From NCBI GenBank assembly GCA_026023565.1, contig JAPETS010000027.1, positions 310,001-374,000 of the forward strand: a stretch of 64,000 bases of DNA, written 5' to 3'. The position numbers and the translations under genes were made by a program. Below the pieces are notes generated by a model that worked only from the letters and a program-made list of their open reading frames with translations, searched no databases and was not told the DNA's origin. Positions 14,284 to 25,593 of this stretch are shown piece by piece. The stretch's first letter is position 1. Each line of letters starts with the position of its first letter. This DNA comes from Cirrosporium novae-zelandiae (taxonomy: Eukaryota).

Positions 14284-14961
14284 TGTGATTATTGTTGATA
14301 TGTACGCTGAAGGTGTAGTGCCAGCCTTTCTTTTTTGAAAAGTTTTCAGGCTAGCTAGATATTAGCGAGTGATCATGTTTTATACAGCGACGTGAGGTGG
14401 TGACGGGGGCCTACGACAAATGCATAATGCTGATAATGCTGGGTTGTTGGGTGTGACATAGCATAGGTAGATTCTTTTGCTGGATGAGAAGAAAGAAGTA
14501 TGAGAAGCGTGGACGGCATTTTCTTTAAATTGAGCTTGTACAGGATCAATCAGGATACCCATAGATAGCTTGTTTAAGATTAGGCATTGCTTCAGAGAGC
14601 ATTTTACCTGAGAGTTCTTCCCAAAGTTTGCACTGTATAAATGTGAGCTCCTTCCAATCGAAGTTAATTTATAGAGGCCTCAACTCCAATGTGCGTATAG
14701 TATTAATTTGTGTGCCTAATACTACTGACCGTAACGTCACTTTTCGGTTCCACTCTTGGGCTATCACCGGCTGGCTATCTTTACTGGAACCGATCTCCGA
14801 CGCCACAACCCTAACTTAAACTTCATCCCAAGCTCTTTCCTGCTTGAACTTTTTATAGGACCTCAAGTCTGCGGCTCTGCCAACACCAGGAGGCCACTAC
14901 CATAATTCATTCCTCTTTCCTTTAAGCTCTCTCCCTCGAATCCCACACCACCTCCACAATC

Positions 14962-15853
14962 ATGGCGACGACCAAACCATCAAGGTATCTACCTCACCTC
15001 CACTTCCCACCCCACCCCACCCCCACCATATCCCCTAAAATTACCCCCCCGCCCCATATACATATCCATATCCATACCTTACCTACAAAACAAAACTCAT
15101 ACTATTTATTACTAACCCCCCACCCCCTTCTTCTCCCACATCAGCATCAGCCAAGCCACCACCACTAACAACCCCCCCACCAACCCCCGCGGAATCCCCT
15201 ACGCGCCCTTCCTTCCCTCCGTCTCCTCCTACGTAACCACACGCGCCGACGTCCAACCAACCCTAAACTCCTTCCAAGAAATGATATCCAAGTACCGATT
15301 CATGGAACTAAACACCACGCGCCGTCTAGCGGGTCTCCGGGATAAGATCCCAGATATTTCTAAGACTTTGGAGACGGTTAGGTTTTTATTGGGGAGGAGT
15401 AAGGGTGGGGGAGATGACGGGGATGAGGGGGAGAAGGAAGAAGAAGAAGTGGATGCGACGTTCGAATTGAATGATACATTGTTTGCGAAAGCGAAAGTGC
15501 CGGTTATGACCAACGAGGTTTATTTATGGTTGGGCGCCAATGTCATGTTGGCGTATCCGCTGGAAGAAGCAGAAGAGCTTTTGAAAGGGAAATTGTTGGG
15601 TGCAAAAGGTAGTGCGGAGAATTGTGAAGAGGATTTGGAGTTTTTGAGGGAACAGATTACTGTGAGTACACCTACCTACTTACTATTTGTATGTTGTGTT
15701 TTGACAAGGGGGGCTAATTCATATTTTTTTTTCACGTTATAGACACTCGAGGTTGCTACAGCTAGAGTTTACAATTGGGATGTTACGGAGAAGAGGAAGG
15801 AGAAGGCGGCTGGAGCTGGAGCTGGGGCTGAGGATGAAGGACAGAAATCTTAG
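14962..15853 (+). CDS. PAC10: Prefoldin subunit 3, 3 exons
   Basis: NPRGIPYAPF, FQEMISKYRFME, VYLWLGANVMLAYP and EDLEFLREQITTLEVATARVYNWDV. Confidence 0.95.
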
Positions 15854-16365
15854 CAAGGCAGGCAGGCAGGCAGGTAGGCAGCAAGTTAAACCAGCAACCT
15901 CCCCCCCCCCCAACCCCCCGAACGGCCTCTCTACGAAATTCGCAACGAAATGACAACTACACTACAACTACACTTGTATGGAATGGAATGGACATACATA
16001 CATATATTACACAACCACAAAAAAGAGGAAAAAGTCTACTAAATTCATACAACGAATTTACGTTTTTTTTCTCGTATGAACCTTTTACTTAGCTTCTAGC
16101 AGTTTTCCAGTTCATAGCCAAAAAAAAAAGATACCCCTTATATGTCTGGATAGGTTTGACATTTTTTTTTTGCTTCTCTATATTTTCTTTACTTCGTCTT
16201 TAAGTTTCCTTTTCGAATCCTTGTGAAACGTTCGTAGCAGAGAAGGCCTAGCCCGGATCGGTTCGTCATCCACAGGCCCTTTCTCTGCGTGCGTGCGTGC
16301 ATGACAATGTAATATTCAACATAATCCTATAACGCCTCCTCCATGAATTGGTCCCGTTCGTTTCT

Positions 16366-17868
16366 TTACCTGGCAACAGCAGCACTGCGGAGGGGTTATT
16401 CAAGTTAGCGGAGATTCTCCTTGGGGCCTTGTAAAAAAAATATGACATACCTAAGTACTTGAGTTCTGAAGAAACCACCTTTTGTCCGCTCGATGACCTG
16501 TTGGTATACAGATTGTGGTGGATGATTCATGACAACCGTTCCTTCTTGGTAGTCGATCTTGGCGTCTACCCTTGTATCTCGGATCAGATTAACGATCCAT
16601 TTCTCGCCTTCGTTGACGTCCAGACCTAATCGGGTTGAGAGGTCCCTAGGAGGGAGGGGGTTAGTATAAATGATATGGGGATGAAATGATAGGAGTGAGT
16701 GAGGGCCAAGGCATAGTAGGACTTACTTGATGTTGATTCTCTGATGGATCTTGCAGTAAGATTCGGAAATCAAATGTCTGGCTGCCTCCACAAATGCGTC
16801 TGCTGCAGCAAGCAGGAAAAAATCACTCCTGAGGACCTCGTCCGCCTCGCCCAACTTCTTCTGGGCTTCTTCAAAGTCGAAATCAATATAGAGAGCCTTG
16901 ATGAACGCTGTGATGGGATCGTTGTACTCGTAATCTTCTTGACGCACTATCCTGACCAGATCCTTGAGGTGTTTCTGATGTTGGCCGGCGTTACGGCTCT
17001 TATTTCTGTTAGTGATAACGGCTGCGGCAAGGTAGCGGAGGATCCATGGGCAGTTGGTTTGAATGGTGTTGATATAAGGAGCGGAGAAAAACATCTCGGT
17101 GATGGCGTCGCGAGCGGGTTCGTGGTTGAAAAAAGGGAAAAGGCACCAGTGGATGAGCCATGTTCGGTTCTCTAGTTGAGCTAGAGGATTGCTGAAGAGG
17201 GAGGTCTCGATAGATTCTCGGACCTTTTGGACTTCTTCCATTGCGACCTCCCAGTTGGTGGTGAGGATTTCCGAAGCTAATTTGCCCCACGTTGCCGCTC
17301 GCACTTTATCGTTATCGGTGGAGAGGACCCGGAATTGGTAGAGCAGATCAGACGCATCGCCATAACTCCCACAATCATACTGGAACCGTCCATAGTCGTA
17401 AAGAACATTAACCATATCAATCGTTATCCCATGTTGTTCTTCCAAGAACTTCAAATTAGCAAGCTTATCGCTCCTCAAACTCCCCACCACGTTGTCATCT
17501 TGCAATAACTCTGTGATCTTGCTGCTCTCCTCCATATAAACTTGTAGTTTGTGCAGCACTTCCTCCCTCTTGTTAGTAAATTCTTCTGGTGTTTCATCGG
17601 TATCATGAATATCTTTCCATAAATTCGCTACATAGTCGGTCATATTTGTTTGCTTCAAGAGCTCGTACTTGGCTTTGAGGATTACGTCCGCATCTTCGCT
17701 TTCTTGTTGTGAAGCGAACTCGAGGAGAGGGAAAACGAGGTGACGGTCGAGGTAGGGTATTAATTGAGGTAAAAGATCATATTCTTTGGCGATTTCATCG
17801 GGAGTTATTGCCTGAGCTTCTGCGCCGTTGAGGAGTGCGTCAGAGGAAGCGGGAGCCTTGTCTGCCAT
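16366..17868 (-). CDS. INT6: Translation initiation factor 3 subunit E (Int6), 3 exons
   Basis: [33 protein letters not shown] and [16 protein letters not shown]; last exon gives ...VLSAAVAR*. Confidence 0.95.
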
Positions 17869-18173
17869 TATTGCTGAAAGGATTATTCAGTAGCCGGTAG
17901 AAGGCAGATATAATGGTGTGGAGGAGGTTGAATGTGCCGCGGGCTCTTGAACGATTGTTCTTTGGCTGGCTTCCGAATTTGTGTGGGAATCTCGAATATT
18001 TATACACTAGTCGGTTTAAGGTTAGGGTCGGAGCGCTTATCCTTGCCCCGGAACGAAAGAGATCTCTAGAGAGGTCAATCAAAATATATATATCTTCAAT
18101 TCAAGCTGCCAACTCCACTCTTTTCTCATATAATTCTAGCCTTATTTTCAACGCCAGAGCAGCAGGTTATAAA

Positions 18174-18755
18174 ATGGCAATTTCTAGGCTTCTCTTGTCC
18201 TTCCTGAGACCTCTACCGCCTCCACGTCTCTCCCTCTTCAGATATGTTTTCCGACCAATATCAACCTCTTCTATTGCGCGGAACCAAGCGGCGGCTACAA
18301 GTATGTAGATTGCTATCTTCTTTTGCTCGTCAGAAAGAAGTATTAATGTCACTCCAGAAACACCAAACCCAACACCCACTCCCGCCCCCATCGACTACAC
18401 AGCTTCCAATCCCCTCAGACCTGAATCACCATTCTATCAATATGACCTCCCATATTTCGTCCGCCGTTCAAAAATGCAGAATCTTCCCGTATATATTGTC
18501 CTAAAGCGTGGCGGTAATCTCAAAATGACGCATGTCAGAAAGATCGAAGGTGATGCTGCGGACTTAAAGAAACGTCTACAGGGTCACTTGGGTGTACCGG
18601 ACAAGGATATTGCTATTAACCCCACGAATAAGGATATTATCATCAAGGTATGGCTTGTCTTTGGTGCAGAGTTGTGAGGGGAGCGTATGCCTAACTTGTT
18701 CTAGGGGGAATTCAAGGAGGAAATCAAGAATTTCTTGCTCGCGCAGAAATTTTAA
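18174..18755 (+). CDS. IMG2: Mitochondrial ribosomal protein mL49/Img2, 3 exons
   Basis: LPYFVRRSKMQNLPVY..KRGGNLKMTHVRKIEGD; Arg/Ser/Leu-rich presequence. Confidence 0.88.
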
Positions 18756-19473
18756 AGAGCTTAGGCAATAGAAATGTAGTCCAAGCTGTAAGCTTTCTGC
18801 CAACTTTCCGAGATATTATATCTCATGTTTCGCAGACCCAAAAAAGTAACTATGGGTGACGGAGCTTATGTTTGACGGTTTCTCGGATACGAGAGTGGAG
18901 CATGAACCAGAGCTCCACTTGACTGTTTAAAATTTCTGGAGAAAGATCATGTTCTAAATAGTAATGTATGATAGATATGCTGGGAGCATGTGATTACACA
19001 GTTCCCTTAGGAGCGTTCTGAACGCCATCGCAATGAGGAAGCTCCGCTTCTACTGTACGTTAAGAGAATTTTCAAATATGGAATCTGACATCGTATAAGG
19101 CGTTCAGGCGTTGCATTAGGCATGGCTAGAGCCCCAGCTGCATGGAGCAAATCCGCTATGTACAACACCAGTGTCTATGTAAATACACCTTTTGGTATCC
19201 ATAAAAGGCCATAAGCAACTGCAATTTATGCCAATCGTTAATCCATACCATCTTCTCCCTGAAACACGAATCCTCAGCCTCCCTTAGAACAGCAGACCAT
19301 GTATAGAATAATCCCCCAAATCCTCCCCGTCCTCAACCATACCACAAGACAAATGTCCAACGCCGACACTGTCTTAATGAGTTTCATAATTTGAATTGAT
19401 ACATGGTGAAGCAAAGTAAATTAGCAAATAAATGGTGGTGGTCCTAAATCAAAGGTTTATCTGCTTCAAATTC

Positions 19474-22400
19474 TTAAATCTGCCGGCCCCAGTTCGCGAA
19501 GGAGCAATACTGGCGAAGGAGACCGGCATCCACATGAGGCTTTATCAATAGATCGAGTAGTATCTCTTTCTTAGGAAATATTCCAGGAAGGGATTCGGAA
19601 TTTCCGGCATCTTGATTGATGCACTTTTCAGATAGATTCCTAAGAAGGGCGATCGCATGTCGGATAATCATGCGATAGGCCTCGGAGTCTGGATCTGCGC
19701 CATGATGCGGTGGATTCCTAAGAGCCATAAATTCAAGTAAGACTTCGATTAATCTCATAATGTCTTGAAACAGGTTGTTGCCAGATATAAGCCAAGATCG
19801 GGCCAGCCCAAGATCCGACCCAGGCAGAAGATTGACTAAAAGCTCTGCGGCAAGCATGCCCTGAGCAAGAGTAGCTCTTCGACGCTCGGCCAAATTTAGT
19901 AGGCTCTTCTTGTAAACACTTGCACTATCGAACCCAGTTACGGCTTTCTGCTGCTCTAAGAATCCTTGTATTCGAGGTTCAGCTAACTCCAGCACCCGCG
20001 AGTATCCTGGAACAGCAGCAACAGCAAGCGCAAAAGCACGTGTTAGCACCTCATACGGTGGATCCAATCCACCATCAGAGCTGAATATTATTTTGTAGTA
20101 TGTCCGATTTGGTTCATCCTTCGCAAGTAATTTTGCAAGGGCGTCGACGGCTGGCGGGAGATATTGATGGATATTAGGTGCAAATGGTGTGAATATCAGC
20201 TGATCGGGTCCAAATGCAGTGGGCGGTGGACTAGGCGCAAAAGATAACAGAAAATGCAATATACAAAGACCTTCTTCCTTCCCAGGCAAATCAATTGCTT
20301 GGGAAACATTACTCAAGAAAACAATTAAGTCCTTCATAATATCGAGAGTATTGCGATTTGTCCTTAGCAGCATGTTCCTCGTACCCAGGAACTTGACGAT
20401 GGCTGCTATGAGCTTCACGACAGGTGCACTGGCGAGCAGGAAATGATTCACCTCATAGAAAGACAGGTTGCGGAGAATTGTTGTAATACATATGAGACGG
20501 TCAGCCGCTCGATCCAGCTCATAACTTAAAGACGCAAATTCGGGTATGTCCTGGAGAGTTTCGGCCTCGATATAACATCCACGAACCACATCCTCGTAAG
20601 GGGATATGAGCATCTCATCCGAAACCTCTGCTGCATGCTCCGCCAGTAGATTAAGCTGATCTTCAGCGCACTCGATGAGAACCTCTAGCAAATCTTCAGA
20701 TTTTTGCAGGTCCAATTGGAAATGATGGTCAATGGATAGGCGCGCCAGGACGTCAAGGGCCAGCCGAACTTCGGCATGGATTCCAGACTGAATGCTGAGT
20801 GTTAACGCACGTAGATCAATCACACCAAGCTCATGAACTGTGGGAACTTTTGGTCTGAGTTCCTCCAGCTCAGTACATATATGAGCGATTTCATCTATTT
20901 CAATTCCACCGAATGAACCATCCAGCTCCCGTGGTAAAGGATGGAAGGTTGGACTCAAGGATCTCCCATTCGTGAAGTTCCCACCTATATCCTTCCCAAC
21001 GCTGTCCATAGATGCAGATCTCAAAGGGGTTGAATCTTTAGCAGCCGGCGAAGCTGAGCCTAAATGAAAGCTGTTTTGTCGAGGAGGCTGAGGAGGAGTC
21101 GAAACTTCACCCGGTGGACGAGATGTACTCGATGAATGAGATCGATAGGCTTTGGATTCCGGAAACGGACTCTGACGTTGTTGTGTAAGGGAAAGGCCGT
21201 TTTGTTGCATGCTACTTGTGGAAGTAGGAGTTGGTGTTGAGTTTAGGACTTGTTCGGGCTGGGCGCGTGGCTGTTGCTGTAGATGATTCTGAGTCGGCTG
21301 CATTTGAACTTGAGACACGGGCGGCCTGACTGGCGATTGTTGTTGTGATATCATGAAGTTATTGGGATGCCCTGGTTGTGGTCGTTGTCTATTTTGCTGC
21401 TGCATCTGCCGGAAAAATGATTCATACGGGTACAGATTACGTTGGTAGTGGGCCGCAAGTTCCAAAGGCGCATTTGGGAGATGCATAGGAGGAAAGTGTA
21501 ACTGTTCCGCAACCTGGGGCCAAAAATTGACACTCGATACTCTTTTGTAGCCTCCAGCCTTCATAACTATGGAATACAGAAGCAAGAGATTCACGGGGCG
21601 GCCGCTCACCACAGGCGTTGTATCTAGTGGCATCCCTTTGCTGTTCATGAAAAGTTGAAGATTTTTCATGAATTGTTCAGCACCATTTTGTGGGCGCGCC
21701 ATCATATTTTGGGGCATCTGTCTAGCGCCTGGTCCCATCTGGACATTGTGATTTCCTTGCATGTGTTGAAACTGTTGTTGCATACGCATTCGATATAATT
21801 GTTGTTGTTGTTGCTGTTGCTGCTGCTGCTGCAACGATGGTGGTAGGCCCGGTGAACCTGCCATACTTGAGGGAGTCGCACTATGCTGGTTCATCCCAGG
21901 CCCATAAGGCATGCCTTTTGCAGCAAACGCAGCTGCATTGTTTTGTGGTGTATTGACTCTGCTCCCGTGGTCCGATGGCGCAGGCGAGCTTTGTCCGAAA
22001 CTTGGGCCGGCTGGCGAAAACGGCGACGCAGTTTGCATCCGCTGTTGGGCGCCTGGCCCACTAAACATCTGATTTTGCATTGTGGGTGATGGCGTTGCAT
22101 TTGATGAAGCTTCTTGTGGAAGGTGTGGGTATGGAGAATGCGGTTGTAGAGGTTGAGCGCCATTCGTCGTCGGTTGGTAACCAGGGTATGGCGCTTGACG
22201 TGGAGTTTGCGATCGAGAGAGCTGTCGCGGAGATTGATGTATACTATCTTCGCGTGGTCGTTTTGATGGCACGACAGGGTTTACTTGATAGAGAGGGTTC
22301 GGGAAGGACGAGCCTTGGGGGGCGCCGTTGAGCATTGATTGCTGTGATTGTTGGCCAGGGAAATGGCCTTGGCCAAAGGATTGCGAGGGTGGATTCTGTA

Positions 22401-22476
22401 GCATGGGTGCGTTAGGATTGAATGTCGCATGGTCATTGTTTGGGGCAGTCGCGGTGTCGTGGATCCAAGCGTTCAT
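19474..22476 (-). CDS. SWI1: SWI/SNF ARID-domain subunit (Swi1/Sol1-like)
   Basis: Q-rich N-terminus, ARID (NLLLLYSIVMKAGGYKRV...W.QVA) and LSIQSGIHAEVRLALD C-terminal domain; 1000-aa ORF. Confidence 0.85.
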   Translation of the reverse strand: MNAWIHDTATAPNNDHATFNPNAPMLQNPPSQSFGQGHFPGQQSQQSMLNGAPQGSSFPNPLYQVNPVVPSKRPREDSIHQSPRQLSRSQTPRQAPYPGYQPTTNGAQPLQPHSPYPHLPQEASSNATPSPTMQNQMFSGPGAQQRMQTASPFSPAGPSFGQSSPAPSDHGSRVNTPQNNAAAFAAKGMPYGPGMNQHSATPSSMAGSPGLPPSLQQQQQQQQQQQLYRMRMQQQFQHMQGNHNVQMGPGARQMPQNMMARPQNGAEQFMKNLQLFMNSKGMPLDTTPVVSGRPVNLLLLYSIVMKAGGYKRVSSVNFWPQVAEQLHFPPMHLPNAPLELAAHYQRNLYPYESFFRQMQQQNRQRPQPGHPNNFMISQQQSPVRPPVSQVQMQPTQNHLQQQPRAQPEQVLNSTPTPTSTSSMQQNGLSLTQQRQSPFPESKAYRSHSSSTSRPPGEVSTPPQPPRQNSFHLGSASPAAKDSTPLRSASMDSVGKDIGGNFTNGRSLSPTFHPLPRELDGSFGGIEIDEIAHICTELEELRPKVPTVHELGVIDLRALTLSIQSGIHAEVRLALDVLARLSIDHHFQLDLQKSEDLLEVLIECAEDQLNLLAEHAAEVSDEMLISPYEDVVRGCYIEAETLQDIPEFASLSYELDRAADRLICITTILRNLSFYEVNHFLLASAPVVKLIAAIVKFLGTRNMLLRTNRNTLDIMKDLIVFLSNVSQAIDLPGKEEGLCILHFLLSFAPSPPPTAFGPDQLIFTPFAPNIHQYLPPAVDALAKLLAKDEPNRTYYKIIFSSDGGLDPPYEVLTRAFALAVAAVPGYSRVLELAEPRIQGFLEQQKAVTGFDSASVYKKSLLNLAERRRATLAQGMLAAELLVNLLPGSDLGLARSWLISGNNLFQDIMRLIEVLLEFMALRNPPHHGADPDSEAYRMIIRHAIALLRNLSEKCINQDAGNSESLPGIFPKKEILLDLLIKPHVDAGLLRQYCSFANWGRQI
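21798..21833 (-). repeat. CAG/CAA poly-Gln tract in Swi1
   Basis: ttgttgttgttgttgctgttgctgctgctgctgc on the + strand. Confidence 0.9.
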
Positions 22477-25002
22477 AGTATCGGCTGAACGTTAGAGGAA
22501 CCCATCTAATAAGGCGCATCATCGTCAGTATCATCATCAGCGAAGTATCAATATCAATTCACAATGGAATCTCAACAGTTCAAAGGCCTCAGCGACGTGA
22601 CAAGCGCAGCAAGCGCGTCGCGGCTCTAGTCATGAAGACGAAGGCCTGAGGCGGGATCTCAAACGGACAAGGGGAAGGACGCGTCTAGCGCATAGATAGA
22701 AAAGCAGAGCAAGAAGGAAGAATAGATAGGGCTGAATGGAAGGGGAAATACCGGACAGAAAAGATTGGAATGTCCACCTGAGGTTGCAAGGGTCTGGTTC
22801 GCTGGCCGCAGATGTCGAAGTTACGCCTTCGAGGATTCAAGAGGGGGGACTTGCGGATCGGAGGGAGTTTCCAAACGGCGCTAACGAAAAGAATGAAAAA
22901 GACGCCGTAATTAATGTAACGGGCCGTACGGTAAGAATGAACTTCCACCAAAGTCACCAAGTCTGGAGCCAATAAATGGGATTACAGTCCAAAAGACAAT
23001 AAAGTCCCAGGTACTACATGACAAAACATCAAGTCAGCATATTCTAAACATGTAATGAACAAGGTACCCGTCGATTGGTTTTTTTTCCTAAATGCATTAT
23101 CCAATCAACTAAAGGTTGTGTGTTGGGCATTGGTGTGAGCCGAGAGCCGCCAGCGGTTCTTGCGTTAAGGGTAAAAAAGGAGTGCAGCAGTAGTCCATGA
23201 GTTAACAGAACCAAGAAGCTGAGCGTGGAGAAGGTTGGATTTTCTGACCCAAGGGCCGAAGATCCGGATTTCAATATGTCAGACAAGATGAACCAAAGAT
23301 GGACGTACCAGGCAAAGTCTAAGATGTAGTTATGGTTATCAGATTATTATGCGTCTTTCAGTGTGCCGGAGTTATGAGACTACGTAGTCGAATAAAGGAG
23401 GTTTCGGGGAGGGGGAGGGGGGTGTGTATGCTGTGTGAGTATGTGTGTGTGGTGTGAGAGTGTGGTGTGAGTGTATATGTGGTGGACAGCTGGACCAATG
23501 CCTTTCACAATTGCGGAGAGTGATCAAAGCGATCAGACTGCAGATTACCCAAATTCAAAACCAAATTCAAACGGTGCATAAAATAGAGCCAAAGGGAGTC
23601 AAACAAGAGTCAAACAGAGCCAAACAAGAGCTTAGAAGTTTGGGGGGGGGGATTGGCCGAAAAAGCTGAGTGTGCCAGTTTGCCACTTCCAGTGTCAATG
23701 TGGATTTATTCAGTTTGGGGTCGCTTTTCGGGGGTGTGGTGGGTTGTGAGTGGTGTGTGTAAGTGTGTGCTGTTTAACTTGTGGCCTCTTTTTTGTTTTG
23801 TTTTTGTTTTTTTGGCCTTGGTCTGCCTGCCTTTGAAGCCTGACTTCTTTTTTTTTTCTTTGCTGGATGGAATGTCGGAAGATAATTTGAGAAAGAAGGG
23901 GGTCCAGGCCGATCACACCGAAGCGGATAAGGGAAGGTCCTGGCAAGTTGACACTGATCAACTTAAGATCCACCCCCCTACTATCCCTCCAATCATATTC
24001 CCAATCACCACAAATGGCTCCCTCCTCCCCTTCCCCCCCCCGGGTAATCAATCAATTTATTTCAATTCAAGCAAGCCATTATTACTTGCCTACTGTGTAA
24101 GTCATCAATTCATCAATCACATCAATCAACTCAATAACTTACTAGATCAAGTATGTAGTGAATTGTTTGTGTGTTTGAAAGAGTTCCATGTGTTACGATC
24201 ATCATCAATCATCCATCATCATCTCTCTCTCGGCTGATGACCACTGATAATCCAGTAGCACAACATTTAGACCGTTTGCTCCATAACTTGCTTGCAACTT
24301 TACCAATCCAGTAATTATAATCTCCCTCAAATGCTTAATTTGCTGTTCATTTCCAGCCCGACGAAGAAATATCGACATTTTGTAGGAATTTGTCTGTCCC
24401 TTGAGTTGAAGAAGAAAGAGAAAAACCCCAGGTCGAATTCATCGGGCTTTTTTTTAAACATGGTCCTTTGATAACTTAATCATTCTGCAGCTGGGTCCTG
24501 AAACATGTCGCATTGTCCTGGCTCATCCTGGCAACTGCAGAAGATTCGTACATCTTTAACTCCTGCTATAAAAGGTGTGGCGTCTCTTAGCATCAACGAG
24601 TTAAACAAAACAAAAAGAGGGTGAAGATGCTATCTAGAATTGAAGCAGAAGAGAACAGGCAAGTCTCACAGAAATGTAATAGGCCTTGGAAGAGAAGAAG
24701 AAGCAGAAGAAACAGAAGAAGAGTAGAAAGAAAACAAATGGAAAAGTTGGACGAGTACGAAAATATCCTCAATCATTTCTTCCGGTCTTATGGCGTCTTT
24801 CGGATCTGGACCTGTCACTGGACTTTCTGGCTTTCTGGTCTCGCTTTCCTACAAACTCCTAGACGTCCACGTAGATGGCCGGTCAGATAGGCTTTTTGGC
24901 AATACCGGATAACGCATCCAGTAATACATTAATAGTAATCTACAAACCAATTTAAGGATACTGTACATCTTAGTAACACTCTCTTATTGATTTCTTACTG
25001 CT

Positions 25003-25050
25003 GTGTATGTGTGTGTGTGTGTGTGTGAGCGTGTGTGTGTGAGAGTGTGT
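25003..25050. repeat. (TG)n microsatellite
   Basis: tgtgtatgtgtgtgtgtgtgtgtgtgagcgtgtgtgtgt seen directly. Confidence 0.9.
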
Positions 25051-25593
25051 ACCAGGTATTCGCACTACGAAACATACATAACTAGAACATTACTGAAGCA
25101 AGACATTGGCCGACCGAGACATGTGAGATGTGCCCAAAATCGGTGAACATGTTGGCTAAGATACTAAAAGATATTGACTAAGGCTGAATTCGTAGTATTA
25201 TTTTGTCATTTGCAACGAGCGTGGCTTCTATCTAGAAAGGGAATGGAAACTCCATCTCACTCAAGGTGACGGGATCCAAGCAAGACTATTCTTGTTTTGG
25301 ATCTTGGGAGGGGGGACTGAACTGCCATCCCATCTTTCATGCTAGTAAAGTCATTATCATCATCTCTCTACCACGTTTACCATCTACCGAACAAGCTTCC
25401 AAACTAATCTCTCTACCTCTCTCAACCAAAGCCTTTGCATCGGTGGCAATCAACATTTAGAGTCAAACATCCCGATTATCATCCTACCGAATAATCTTCT
25501 CCACATCTTTATATCCTTCCGGCCAAGTGACTTTGTGAACCGTCAAAACCTACCCTTGATTCGTTCATCATCGGCTTACCCGAATTTGTCAAC

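Noticed and set aside
16255..16272. ATGA..AA..GA in the eIF3e 3' hairpin resembling SECIS
   Set aside because: Helix spacing is far too short, and eIF3e has no in-frame TGA.
23653..24237. 194-aa ORF
   Set aside because: Non-ATG start, built from low-complexity TG/T-run DNA, with no family features.
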